NCBI GenBank assembly: GCA_036376615.1 | Contig: DASUZZ010000010.1 | Coordinates: 4,614-68,613 of the forward strand | Length of the DNA: 64,000 bases | Direction of reading: 5' to 3' | From: Gaiellaceae bacterium | Lineage (GTDB): Bacteria; Actinomycetota; Thermoleophilia; Gaiellales; Gaiellaceae | Shown here: positions 21,422 through 30,330 of the stretch, piece after piece | How the letters are laid out: each line of letters begins with the position of its first letter | Position numbering within the stretch: the first letter of the stretch is position 1 | Translations under genes and position numbers: made by a program | Notes under the pieces: model-generated | The model's input: the letters and a program-made list of their open reading frames with translations, nothing else | Databases searched by the model: none | What the model was told of the DNA's origin: nothing

Positions 21422-22834
21422 ATGGCGGCCGACCGTCGGAGAACGAAGATCGTGGCCACGATCGGGCCGGTCTCGTCGAACCACGACACGCTGAAGACGC
21501 TCGTCGATGCGGGCGTCGACGCCGTGCGCCTGAACCTGTCGCACGGCACCCAGCGCGACCACGCCGTCAGCTCGGAGCTGGTGCGTGCCGTGCAGGAGGA
21601 GACGGGCAAGCCGCTCGCGGTGATCGCCGACCTCCAGGGGCCGAAGCTGCGGATCGGCGACCTGTCGGCCCCTCGCGTGCTCCTGAAGGACGAGGAGGTG
21701 GTCGTCGTCGGCGACCAGCGCGCGATCGACGGCGAGCTCCCGATCGCACCGGCCGTGATCGGGGAGGTCCTGAGCCCCGGCCACGACGTGCTGATCGACG
21801 ACGGCCTCGTGCGGCTCAGCGTCGAGGAGGTGGCCGAGGGCCGGGCACGCTGCCGCGTCCTCGTCGGCGGCGAGGTGAAGTCCCACAAGGGCGTGAACCT
21901 GCCGGGCGTGCCGATCCCGATCCCGTCGCTCACCAAGAAGGACCTCGACGACCTCGCATTCGCGCTGTCGCTCAACGTCGACTACGTGGCGCTCTCGTTC
22001 GTGCGGGCGGCAGCCGACGTCCGCGACCTGCACGAGATCATCCGTCAGCACGGCTCCGCGGCGCGGGTGATTGCGAAGATCGAGAAGGCCGAGGCGGTGG
22101 CGGTGCTCGACGAGGTGCTCCACGAGGCCGATGCGGTGATGGTCGCGCGGGGCGACCTGGGGGTCGAGATCGGTGCGGCGACCGTGCCGCTCCTGCAGAA
22201 GCGGATCATCCTGCGCTGCCTCGAGGCGGGCAAGCCGGTGATCACGGCGACGCAGATGCTCGAGTCGATGATCGAGCACGCCGAGCCGACACGGGCCGAG
22301 GCGAGCGACGTCGCCAATGCGGTGCTCGACGGCACCTCGGCGGTCATGCTCTCGGCCGAGACCGCGACCGGCAACTACCCGGTGGAGGCGGTGGCGACGA
22401 TGGACCGGATCGTGCGCGCGGTCGAGCCGTCGATGGGCTACCGGCACCAGATGCCCGAGCCGGGTGACGAGACGACGGTCGGCACGGCGATGTCGAACGC
22501 GGCGTGCGACCTCGCGGAAGCGCTCGGCGCCCGCGCGATTCTCGTCCCGACGTTCACGGGCCGGACGGCGTCGGCGGTGGCGAGGCTGCGGCCGCGGCGG
22601 CCGATCGTCGCGCTGTCGCACCACCAGACCTCCGTGCAGCAGCTCGCGCTCGAGTGGGGCGTGACGCCGGTGCTGATGCCGCAGACGCACGACGTCGAGG
22701 ATCTCTGGGCGCGGTCGATCGCCTCCGCGCTCGCGTCGGGGACGGTCGACGCCGGGGATCGCGTCGTCCTCACCGCCGGCACGGCCGTCAACCTGCCGGG
22801 CTCGACGAACGTGATCAAGGTCGACGTCGCCTGA
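21422..22834 (+). CDS. pyk: Pyruvate kinase
   Basis: 470 aa. RRTKIVATIGP, MVARGDLGVEI and TQMLESM motifs. Confidence 0.95.
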   Translation: MAADRRRTKIVATIGPVSSNHDTLKTLVDAGVDAVRLNLSHGTQRDHAVSSELVRAVQEETGKPLAVIADLQGPKLRIGDLSAPRVLLKDEEVVVVGDQRAIDGELPIAPAVIGEVLSPGHDVLIDDGLVRLSVEEVAEGRARCRVLVGGEVKSHKGVNLPGVPIPIPSLTKKDLDDLAFALSLNVDYVALSFVRAAADVRDLHEIIRQHGSAARVIAKIEKAEAVAVLDEVLHEADAVMVARGDLGVEIGAATVPLLQKRIILRCLEAGKPVITATQMLESMIEHAEPTRAEASDVANAVLDGTSAVMLSAETATGNYPVEAVATMDRIVRAVEPSMGYRHQMPEPGDETTVGTAMSNAACDLAEALGARAILVPTFTGRTASAVARLRPRRPIVALSHHQTSVQQLALEWGVTPVLMPQTHDVEDLWARSIASALASGTVDAGDRVVLTAGTAVNLPGSTNVIKVDVA

Positions 22835-22870
22835 CGCTCGGGCCGCGGGCGACCGCGGCTCCCTGCTCGC

Positions 22871-22908
22871 TGTGGACGGTTCGTCGCAGGTTTGTCACCC
22901 TCGTTTGG
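22871..22908 (+). repeat. 38-nt direct repeat, copy 1 (core GGTTTGTCACCCTCGTTTGG), embedded in a 13-bp bulged hairpin
   Basis: 33/38 identical to 23026-23063, with the last 20 nt identical. GGTTTGTCACCCT (22889-22901) pairs with AGGGTGACGAAACC (22911-22924). Confidence 0.6.
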
Positions 22909-23025
22909 GAAGGGTGACGAAACCGTGACACACCCGCTGGCCGACGCACCGCGACCCCGGCAAGCTGCGCGGAGCAGGAGAAACGCGTACGCCGACGATC
23001 GCCCGGCTCTCGTCCGATCCGAGCC

Positions 23026-23063
23026 TGTGCACGGTCCGTGACGGGTTTGTCACCCTCGTTTGG
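23026..23063 (+). repeat. 38-nt direct repeat, copy 2, 63 nt upstream of the ftsB-like start
   Basis: Same 20-nt core, 155 nt downstream of copy 1. It lacks the complementary 3' arm present at copy 1. Confidence 0.6.
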
Positions 23064-23125
23064 CAACGGGACACGTCCCGAAGGGCGCGCGTAGGGATCC
23101 GCCGCGCGCCGCCGAATCGGGGGCC

Positions 23126-23413
23126 ATGGTCCGCTTCGGGGGAGCCCGCTTGCTCGCGGTCGGCGGGCTCGTGCTCATTGCCTTCCTGTACTGGAAGCCC
23201 GCGCACGCGTACCTCCACGCGAAGGGTCAGCTCGAGGCGAGCCGCGCCGACGTGCGCGCGCTGCGGGCCGAGCGCACGCGCCTCCAGCGCCAGATCGCCC
23301 AGGCCGGGACCGGCAACCAGTTCGTCGCGGAGGCACGGCGGCTCGGGCTCGTGAAGCCCGGCGAGCGGCTCTTCATCGTCAAGGGCATCGCCGCCTGGCG
23401 CAAGAAGCACTAA
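23126..23413 (+). CDS. Septum formation initiator (FtsB/DivIC family)
   Basis: ATG 23126. A single TM segment (LLAVGGLVLIAFLYW) is followed by a coiled coil (LEASRADVRALRAERTRLQRQI) and then ARRLGLVKPGERLF, which is typical of FtsB/DivIC. Confidence 0.8.
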   Translation: MVRFGGARLLAVGGLVLIAFLYWKPAHAYLHAKGQLEASRADVRALRAERTRLQRQIAQAGTGNQFVAEARRLGLVKPGERLFIVKGIAAWRKKH

Positions 23414-23423
23414 CGTCGGAGCC

Positions 23424-23876
23424 GTGACCGACCGCGAGCTCGTGGCGCGGCAGCTCGGCCGCGAGCCCCGGGCGTTCGGGCGCGTCGCCGTTCGCTGCCC
23501 CTTCGGCCGGCCCGCCGTCACCGAGCAGCGCGCCCTCGACGAGTCCGGCCGTCCCTTCCCGACCCAGTTCTACGTCACCTGCCCGAGCCTCGTTGCCGCG
23601 ATCTCGAGGCTCGAGGCGAGGGGCGGCGTCGAGCGGTTCACGCGCGCCGCGCGCGATGACCCGAAGCTCGCGGCGAGCCTCGCCGGCGCCGATGCCGAGC
23701 AGCGCGCGATCCGGCCCGAGCTGGACGCGGGCATCGGCGGCTCGACGCGCGGCGGCAGCCTCAAGTGCCTGCATGCGCACGCGGCGTTCGCGCTCGCACG
23801 ACCCGGCTACGAGCTCGGCGACAGGATCCTCGCGGAGCTGCCTTCCCTCTGGCCGGCGACCTGCTGTACTGCCTGA
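23424..23876 (+). CDS. DUF501-domain protein
   Basis: GRPFPTQFYVTCPSLVAAISRLEA...GGSLKCLHAHAAFAL is the DUF501 pattern. The position after ftsB is conserved in Actinobacteria. Confidence 0.8.
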   Translation: MTDRELVARQLGREPRAFGRVAVRCPFGRPAVTEQRALDESGRPFPTQFYVTCPSLVAAISRLEARGGVERFTRAARDDPKLAASLAGADAEQRAIRPELDAGIGGSTRGGSLKCLHAHAAFALARPGYELGDRILAELPSLWPATCCTA

Positions 23877-23878
23877 CC

Positions 23879-24190
23879 GTGGAGCTCGAGCTCGCGCGGC
23901 ACCACTGGGACGACGGCCGGCGCCGCGTCGAGGAGGCACGGCGGGACGACCGGCGCCGCTACGACAGCCTGATGCGGGAGATCGAGCTCGTGCTCGCCGT
24001 GCTCCGGAGCAGGGTCGGCCAGACGTTCACGCTCGTCGAGCTCGCCGACGTCTACGACGACGCCGACCTGTGGGTCCGTGACCTGCTCGACGACGCCGAC
24101 CCGGAAGGCAGCCTGCGCGCCGAGCCCGGAGTCGTCGCCGACGCGGCATTCGACCGCTACTCCCACGGCGCCTCGGACTACCGTCCGTGA
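23879..24190 (+). CDS. Hypothetical acidic protein
   Basis: GTG 23879 lies 2 nt after the DUF501 stop, in frame with ORF 23765-24190. Third-position GC is coding-like. I recognise no family. Confidence 0.5.
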   Translation: MELELARHHWDDGRRRVEEARRDDRRRYDSLMREIELVLAVLRSRVGQTFTLVELADVYDDADLWVRDLLDDADPEGSLRAEPGVVADAAFDRYSHGASDYRP

Positions 24191-24429
24191 CGGTGCCCCC
24201 CGAGCGGGCCGTGCGCCGTCGGCGCCGCCGCCGCCGCGTGCCGGGCTGGGTGCCGGCCCTCGCCGGGCTGATCGTCGCGTTCCTGGTCGGCATCGCCGTC
24301 GGCGAGTCGCTCCACGACAACCCGAAGCCCGGCGGGACGCAGACCTTCGTCCGGACGCTCGAGCCGCTGACGCTCACGCCCGCCGCCGCTACGACGGTGA
24401 CGGTGACCGTGACCGTCCGCACGCCCTGA
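24187..24429 (+). CDS. Small Arg-rich N-terminus / single-TM protein
   Basis: GTGA overlap with the previous ORF. RRRRRRRRVPGWVPALAGLIVAFLVGIAV is a membrane anchor. I recognise no family. Confidence 0.5.
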   Translation: MTVPPERAVRRRRRRRRVPGWVPALAGLIVAFLVGIAVGESLHDNPKPGGTQTFVRTLEPLTLTPAAATTVTVTVTVRTP

Positions 24430-24453
24430 GTGGCTTTTCGCCCGGGCACGCCC

Positions 24454-24490
24454 GCGCGTGTTTAGGTACGCGCAGCTTTGGTTACTTTTT
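24454..24490 (+). terminator. Hairpin GCGCGT-N8-ACGCGC followed by a T-rich tract
   Basis: A 6-bp stem (24454-24459 / 24468-24473) is followed by AGCTTTGGTTACTTTTT, one of the rare T-runs in this DNA. Confidence 0.3.
24483..24488 (+). promoter_or_regulatory. -10-like hexamer TACTTT, 6 nt upstream of GTG 24495 (leaderless candidate)
   Basis: TANNNT match, with no Shine-Dalgarno sequence. It overlaps the T-tract of the putative terminator, so the two calls compete. Confidence 0.2.
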
Positions 24491-24494
24491 CGAG

Positions 24495-25061
24495 GTGGCA
24501 CCGCACCAGCCGAAGCGCGGCGACCCGGACTGGCTGACCCTAGGCCAGGCTGCGAAGTACCTCGGTGTCGCCCAGTCGACGATCCGGAAGTGGTCCGACC
24601 AGGGACGGGTGCCGGCGTTCTACACGCCGGGCCGCCACCGCCGCTTCCTGCGCAGCGACCTCGAGGAGTTCGTCGACCGCTCCGGGCCGGCGGCGCCCGA
24701 GGGCGGGCCGTGCGTCCTCGTCGTCGACGACAACTCGGCGCTGCGCGCGGTCGTGCGCGCGAACCTGGAGCAGGAGGGGTACGAGGTGGTGGAGGCGGGT
24801 GGCGCCGACGAGGCGCTCGAGGCGGCCGCGACGCGGACGCCCGAGCTCGTCCTGCTCGACGTCGTCCTGCCGGGGACCGACGGCTGGCAGCTTCTGCAGC
24901 GGCTGCAGGAGCTGTACGGAGCGGTGCCGGTGATCATGTTCAGCGGCCAGGTGGACGCGTCGCGCGAAGAGGTGCGTCAGCGCGGCGCGAAGGCGTTTGT
25001 CGGGAAGCCGTTCGACCCGCAGCAGCTCGTCGAGCGCGCGCGCCAGCTGTTGCCGGCCTGA
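24495..25061 (+). CDS. Response regulator with N-terminal excisionase/MerR-type HTH and C-terminal receiver domain
   Basis: GTG 24495 is in frame in ORF 24078-25061. The HTH is LTLGQAAKYLGVAQSTIRKWSDQGRVPAFYTPGRHRRF. The receiver domain is VLVVDDN...LVLLDVVLPGTDG...VIMFSG...KPF. Confidence 0.8.
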   Translation: MAPHQPKRGDPDWLTLGQAAKYLGVAQSTIRKWSDQGRVPAFYTPGRHRRFLRSDLEEFVDRSGPAAPEGGPCVLVVDDNSALRAVVRANLEQEGYEVVEAGGADEALEAAATRTPELVLLDVVLPGTDGWQLLQRLQELYGAVPVIMFSGQVDASREEVRQRGAKAFVGKPFDPQQLVERARQLLPA

Positions 25062-25067
25062 CCGCGG

Positions 25068-25556
25068 TCAGAGCTCTTCGAGCGCGCGCAGCAATCCGCC
25101 GGCGATCACCGCCAGCGCGGCCACCAGGCTGATCCAGATGCCGATCCCCCGCCCGTCCGCGGGCAGCACGGCATCGGGGATCGAGATCACGCGGATGACG
25201 ACGAACACGGTCGCGAGGATCCCGAGCGCGAGCACGATCAGGCTCTCCGGCACCGCGGGCGGGAGCTCGAACCCGAGCTCGCGGAAGACGACGAGCGCGA
25301 GCACCGCCGCTCCGATGAAGAAGACCAGCTTGCCGAGCACGCCCGTGTGCCAGCCGATCACGGCCAGCTTGATCCCGACGCCCGAGCCGGCGTACCAGCC
25401 CATGAACGAGGACAGCGCGAGCACGAGCGCCGCGACCCACGTCACCTGGTCGCCGAGTGCCCGCAGGCCGCCCGGAGCGAGCTCGTGCCGGCCGCCGGCC
25501 GGGGGCGGCGGGCCGCCGGCGGGAGCGTCGATGTCGAAGAAATCGGGCGTTTCCAC
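25068..25556 (-). CDS. Integral membrane protein (4 TM), unknown function
   Basis: 162 aa with a Pro/Gly-rich N-terminus followed by four hydrophobic helices. Confidence 0.65.
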   Translation of the reverse strand: METPDFFDIDAPAGGPPPPAGGRHELAPGGLRALGDQVTWVAALVLALSSFMGWYAGSGVGIKLAVIGWHTGVLGKLVFFIGAAVLALVVFRELGFELPPAVPESLIVLALGILATVFVVIRVISIPDAVLPADGRGIGIWISLVAALAVIAGGLLRALEEL

Positions 25557-25592
25557 AGCGAGCAGTATGCGGGTTTCCGCGGCCGGCGCCGC

Positions 25593-25835
25593 CTACACGC
25601 CGAACAGGGTCTCGACCTCGTGCCAGACCGCGAGCGCGAGCACGGCCGCGAGCAGGCACAGGAAGAGCAGTGTCATCCAGAAGCGAAGGCCCGACCGGCG
25701 TGCGGCGTGGCGGCGGTCGATCCTCGCCCTCCGCCGGGCGCGCTCGCGGCGGTAGGCGCGTTCGATCGCGTACGGGTCGAGCGAAGGGGTGTCGTCCGCG
25801 ACCCCGGGGGCGGGTCCACGTGCTGGCTCGGCCAC
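25593..25835 (-). CDS. Small tail-anchored membrane protein
   Basis: 80 aa with an Arg-rich cytoplasmic segment followed by FWMTLLFLCLLAAVLALAVW. Confidence 0.5.
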   Translation of the reverse strand: MAEPARGPAPGVADDTPSLDPYAIERAYRRERARRRARIDRRHAARRSGLRFWMTLLFLCLLAAVLALAVWHEVETLFGV

Positions 25836-25847
25836 GAGGAGAGTGTA

Positions 25848-28565
25848 ATGGGTCAGGTCGGCCGCCCGATGCAGGCACTATCACCGAAGGAGATGGCGGT
25901 GGAAGCGGGACGCAGGCCGGTGGAGGCGCTCGCGGAGGCGGCCGCGGGGCTCGCCACGGCGCAGGACCTGGCGGATGCGCTCGACCTGCTCGCCGACGGC
26001 GCACGGGCGGCGCTCGGCGCCGACGCGCTCGTCGTCCGCGTCCTCGACGCCGAGGGCCGGCTCGAGGCGCGTGCCGTGGCCCCGCCGGGCTCGGTGCTCG
26101 GCGCCGAGCTCGCCGCCACGCGGGTTCCGGCGGACGTGGTTGCGGCCGGCGATCTGCCTGGGCCGACAGGCCGCGCCGCGGTGCGCGCCGGGGCCGCGGG
26201 AGTGCTCGCCGTGCCGGCCCTCGCGGAGACGCGCGTCGTCGGCTCGATCGAGGCGGTCAGGGTCGGCTCGCCGTTCGACGAGCACGAGCTCGTCCTGGCG
26301 AAGCTCGCGGCGACGCAGCTCGTGCTCGCGGTCCGGGGCCATGCTCCGGGAGGCGCGATGACGGCGACCCGAAGGCAGGAACGCCTGCTGGGCCTCGCAG
26401 GCGACGCGCTCGCCTCGGTCGGCAACGTCCAGCGCGCCTCGTCGCAGGCGGTACGCATCGCCGTCGAGGCGACCGGGGCGCGGGCCGGCGCACTGTGGCG
26501 GCGATCGGCGTCCGGCGCAGCGGAGCTCGCCGCGGCCGACGGGCTGCCGCAGGACGAGGCCGCGGTCGTTGCGGCGCTCGCCGAGGACGCGCTGCGCGAG
26601 CGACCGCGTCCGACGTTGCTCGCCGACGCCCGCCTTCCCGCCGGTCTGCGCCAGGTGGCGGTGATACCGCTCGGTCAGCGTCCGGTCGGAGTGCTGCAGC
26701 TCTTCTTCCCGGACGGCGACGCTCCCAGCGTCGAGGAGCTCGGGCGACTCACCTCGTTCGCCGCCCGCTCGGCGCACGCCCTGCGGGAGGGCGAGCGCCT
26801 CGAGGAGCTCGTCGGGGAGCTCGAGCGTACGCGCACGCTCCTGCGCGTGATCGCCGAGGCGAGCTCGCGGCTCTCGCTCGCGCATACGCTCGAGACGGCC
26901 GTCGACCGGATCGCGGAGCTCCTGCCGCTTCGCCGCGTCGGGCTCTATCTCCGCGAGGAGGACCGTCTCCGCGCCGCCGCCGGCCGGGCGCTCCCGCGCG
27001 GTCACCTCGACCTCGCATCGGTTCTCCTCGAGGCGATGCTCGGTCCGCTGCGCGCGCGGCGCGCGGTGCACGTCGTACGCGACGGTGTGGAGCCCGGTCT
27101 CGAGCGGGTCCGCGCAGCGCTTCGGTCGACGGGCGAGACCGGGGCGGTCGCGGTTCCCCTGCAGATCCACGACGAACTGATCGGCCTGCTCGTCGCCTAC
27201 CCGCGCGGAGGCGCGCTCGCGGAGACCGACACGTCGCTGCTCGCGGCGCTCGCCGCGCAGCTCGCGGTCGCCGTCCAGAACGCGCGTCTCCACGAACAGT
27301 CGCAGCAGCTCGCGCGGGAGCGGTCGACGGCTCTGCGCAGCGCGCGCGAGGCGGGGCGGCGGCTGGGCTCGCTCTACGAGATCTCGAGCGCGTTCTCGCA
27401 CAGCTTCTCCCTCGAGCGGACCGGGGATGCGATCGCCGGGGCGATCGCGGAAGCGCTCGGCGTCGACGCCGTGGTGCTGCGCGTTCCCGACGCGCGCGGC
27501 GAGCTGCTCGTGCCGCGCGCCGTGCGCGTGCCGGACGAGGCGCTTCGGCCCGCGCTCGACGCCGTGCTCGCGCGGCGGCAGGCGCTTCGGCGCCGCCGAG
27601 GCGGAGCGCCGGAGCTCCTCGACGTCGAGACGGCGCGCCGGCTCGGGGGCGCGCATGCCCTGCTCGTGCCGTTTCTGGCGCGAGGATCGACCGTCGCGCT
27701 CGTCCCGGTGCTGGCGAAGGGAGAGTTGCTCGCGGAGTTGACGATCGTCTCCCTCGACCCGGCGAGGCCTCTCGACGCGGACGCCCTGGAGACCGCACGG
27801 ACGCTGGCGCAGCAGGCGGCGCTCGCGCTCGAGAATGCCCGGCTGCACCAGCAGCTGACGCGTTTCGCGGAGACGATGCGGGAGTCGCTGCTCCCCCAGG
27901 AGGCGCCCACCGTCCGGGGCCTCGACATCGGCCATCGCTACGAGCCGGCGGCGCAGGTCGAGCTCGGCGGAGACGTCTTCGACTACCTCGAGCTTCCCGA
28001 CGGCCGGCTCGCCGTCGTCCTCGGCGACGTGACGGGCCACGGGATCGAGGCGGCGGCGGACATGGCGATGGGCAAGTTCGTGTTCCGGTCTCTGGCCCGG
28101 CAACACGCGGCACCGTCGGCCTTCCTCGCCCAGGCGAACGACGTGGTCGCGGCCGAGATCAAAGGCGGTGCGTTCATCACCATGGCCTACCTGACCGTCG
28201 ACTCGCAGGGACGCATCTCCTGTGCGGGTGCGGGCCACCCGTGGCCCCGGCTCGTGCGCCGCGACGGGCGGGTCGAGGAGCTGCCCTGCAGTGGGCTCGC
28301 GCTCGGAATCGCCCCCGAGGAGACGTACGACGAGGTGCAGGTGGAGCTGGAGCCCGGCGATGCGCTGGTCGTTTACACGGACGGGCTCGTCGAGTCGCGG
28401 CGCGACGGCGAGCTCTACGGCGTCGAGCGCCTCGACGCCGTCCTCGGCGCATCGGCGGCGCTCGGCGCGCAGGACCTCGCCGACCGGCTCGTCGCCGAAT
28501 GCCGCGCGTTCGCAGGCGGCGAGCTACCGGACGACTGCGCGATCGTGGTGATCCGCCGCCCGTGA
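25848..28565 (+). CDS. Multi-GAF-domain PP2C (SpoIIE/RsbU-type) serine phosphatase
   Basis: ATG 25848 has a GAGGAG Shine-Dalgarno. The roughly 650-aa N-terminus is made of repeated GAF-like modules. The C-terminal PP2C domain is GGDVFDYLELPDGRLAVVLGDVTGHGIEAA...LVVYTDGLVESRR...DDCAIVVIR. Confidence 0.85.
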   Translation: MGQVGRPMQALSPKEMAVEAGRRPVEALAEAAAGLATAQDLADALDLLADGARAALGADALVVRVLDAEGRLEARAVAPPGSVLGAELAATRVPADVVAAGDLPGPTGRAAVRAGAAGVLAVPALAETRVVGSIEAVRVGSPFDEHELVLAKLAATQLVLAVRGHAPGGAMTATRRQERLLGLAGDALASVGNVQRASSQAVRIAVEATGARAGALWRRSASGAAELAAADGLPQDEAAVVAALAEDALRERPRPTLLADARLPAGLRQVAVIPLGQRPVGVLQLFFPDGDAPSVEELGRLTSFAARSAHALREGERLEELVGELERTRTLLRVIAEASSRLSLAHTLETAVDRIAELLPLRRVGLYLREEDRLRAAAGRALPRGHLDLASVLLEAMLGPLRARRAVHVVRDGVEPGLERVRAALRSTGETGAVAVPLQIHDELIGLLVAYPRGGALAETDTSLLAALAAQLAVAVQNARLHEQSQQLARERSTALRSAREAGRRLGSLYEISSAFSHSFSLERTGDAIAGAIAEALGVDAVVLRVPDARGELLVPRAVRVPDEALRPALDAVLARRQALRRRRGGAPELLDVETARRLGGAHALLVPFLARGSTVALVPVLAKGELLAELTIVSLDPARPLDADALETARTLAQQAALALENARLHQQLTRFAETMRESLLPQEAPTVRGLDIGHRYEPAAQVELGGDVFDYLELPDGRLAVVLGDVTGHGIEAAADMAMGKFVFRSLARQHAAPSAFLAQANDVVAAEIKGGAFITMAYLTVDSQGRISCAGAGHPWPRLVRRDGRVEELPCSGLALGIAPEETYDEVQVELEPGDALVVYTDGLVESRRDGELYGVERLDAVLGASAALGAQDLADRLVAECRAFAGGELPDDCAIVVIRRP

Positions 28566-29275
28566 ACCTCCGCCGCGCCGGCGGGCCGCCGCTCGTGATC
28601 GGCCACCGGGGCGCCGCGGCCCGTGCGCCCGAGAACACGCTCGCCTCGCTGCAGGCCGCCGTCGCCGCGCGGGCCGACCTCGTCGAGTTCGACGTCGGCC
28701 CGGACCTCGTCCTCGCGCACTCGCGGCACGAGCGGCCCGCCGACCTGGTGCCGCTCGACGACGCGCTCGCGTACCTGGCGTCCGCCGGCGTCGGCGTGCA
28801 TCTCGACGCCAAGGAGACGGGCTACGAGGAGGAGCTCGTGGCCGCCCTCCGGCGGCACGGGCTCGCGACGCGCGCGGTCGTGTCGACGGCATTCGGAGCG
28901 AGCACGCGCCGACTTGCGGCGCTCGCGCCGGACGTCCCGCGGGCAATCGGCTACCCGCACGACCGCTACCGCGTCTCCCGCTTCCGCTGGCCGGGCGGGC
29001 TGACCCGAGCGGCGGCCGGCTCGCTGCGCCTGGCGATGCCGAGGCGGCTGCCGCTGCTGCTCCGGCAGTCCCGGGCGAACGTCCTCTCGCTCCACCACAC
29101 GCTCTGCTCGCCGGCGGCCGTCGCCGTCTCGCACCGCGTGGGCGCACCCGTTCTCGTGTGGACGGTCAACGATCCGGCGTCGGTCGCGCGGCTGGCGGGG
29201 TTCGGCGTCGACGCGATCGTCTCCGACGACCCGGAGATGGCCCGCGAGACGCTCGGTACACTGCATCACCCGTGA
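28562..29275 (+). CDS. Glycerophosphodiester phosphodiesterase family protein
   Basis: GTGA overlap. LVIGHRGAAARAPENTLASL...VEFDV...VWTVND motifs. Confidence 0.85.
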   Translation: MNLRRAGGPPLVIGHRGAAARAPENTLASLQAAVAARADLVEFDVGPDLVLAHSRHERPADLVPLDDALAYLASAGVGVHLDAKETGYEEELVAALRRHGLATRAVVSTAFGASTRRLAALAPDVPRAIGYPHDRYRVSRFRWPGGLTRAAAGSLRLAMPRRLPLLLRQSRANVLSLHHTLCSPAAVAVSHRVGAPVLVWTVNDPASVARLAGFGVDAIVSDDPEMARETLGTLHHP

Positions 29276-30330
29276 AGCGGCTGTTTTTCCCTGCACTCTT
29301 CGCTGTCGGCTTCGTGGCCGCCGGGACGTTCTCGGGCGTCGTGATCGCCGGCGGGACGAGCACCGGCACGACGACGACGACCGTCGCGACGACGCCGCTC
29401 CCGCCGACGACGACCGAGCCGGCGATCACGACCGTGCCGACGACGACCGCGAGCGTTCCCGCGTCGGCCAAGCTCCCGGCCCGGGTCCGGGTGGCCGGCG
29501 TGCGCGTCGGCGGCCTGACTCCGGCCGCGGCCGTGTCGGCCGTCGAGGCTGCGTTTGCGCGTCCGCTCGTCGTCGTGGTCGACCGCGCGAAGCTGACGCT
29601 CGACCCGACGAGCCTCGCCACGCCGTACGCCAACACCGCAGTCGCCCGCGCGCGCATCTCGGCGCCCGGGTCGAACGCGCACCTCGTGGTCAACGTGCGC
29701 GGCTCGCAGGTGCGCGCCTGGGCCGCACGGATCGCGCACCGGTTCGAGCGGCCCTCGTCCGATGCGTCGCTCGCGTTCGTGAACGGCAAGCCGCGCCTGA
29801 CGAGGGAGCGCGTCGGCCGTGCCCTCGACGCCCACAAGCTGACCGTCCGGATCGTGTCGGCGCTCCGGGCGAACTCGCGCCTGCCTTTGCACGTGAAGAC
29901 GCGGGCCGTCTCGCCGGCGGTGACGGCGACGTCCTTCGGGCCGGACATCGTGATCAACCGCGCCCTCAACCGGCTGACGCTGTACGACGGCGCGCGCTTC
30001 GTGCGCTCGTTCCCGGTCGCGACCGGCCAGGCGATCTACCCGACGCCGAAGGGCGTCTTCCACATCGTCGTCAAGTGGGAGAACCCCTGGTGGTACCCGC
30101 CGACCCAGGACGCCTGGGCGCGAGGATTGCAGCCCGTCCCGCCCGGGCCCTCGAACCCGCTCGGCACACGCTGGATGGGCCTGTCGGCGCCCGGCATCGG
30201 CATCCACGGGACGGACGAGCCGGCGTCGATCGGCTACAGCGCCTCGCACGGCTGCATCCGCATGCAGGTGCCCGACGCCGAGTGGCTCTTCACCCGCGTC
30301 GACATCGGCACCACGGTCGACATCATCTGA
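29272..30330 (+). CDS. L,D-transpeptidase (YkuD) with TM anchor and Thr/Pro-rich linker
   Basis: GTGA overlap. C-terminal YkuD motif IHGTDEPASIGYSASHGCIRM. Confidence 0.88.
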   Translation: MKRLFFPALFAVGFVAAGTFSGVVIAGGTSTGTTTTTVATTPLPPTTTEPAITTVPTTTASVPASAKLPARVRVAGVRVGGLTPAAAVSAVEAAFARPLVVVVDRAKLTLDPTSLATPYANTAVARARISAPGSNAHLVVNVRGSQVRAWAARIAHRFERPSSDASLAFVNGKPRLTRERVGRALDAHKLTVRIVSALRANSRLPLHVKTRAVSPAVTATSFGPDIVINRALNRLTLYDGARFVRSFPVATGQAIYPTPKGVFHIVVKWENPWWYPPTQDAWARGLQPVPPGPSNPLGTRWMGLSAPGIGIHGTDEPASIGYSASHGCIRMQVPDAEWLFTRVDIGTTVDII

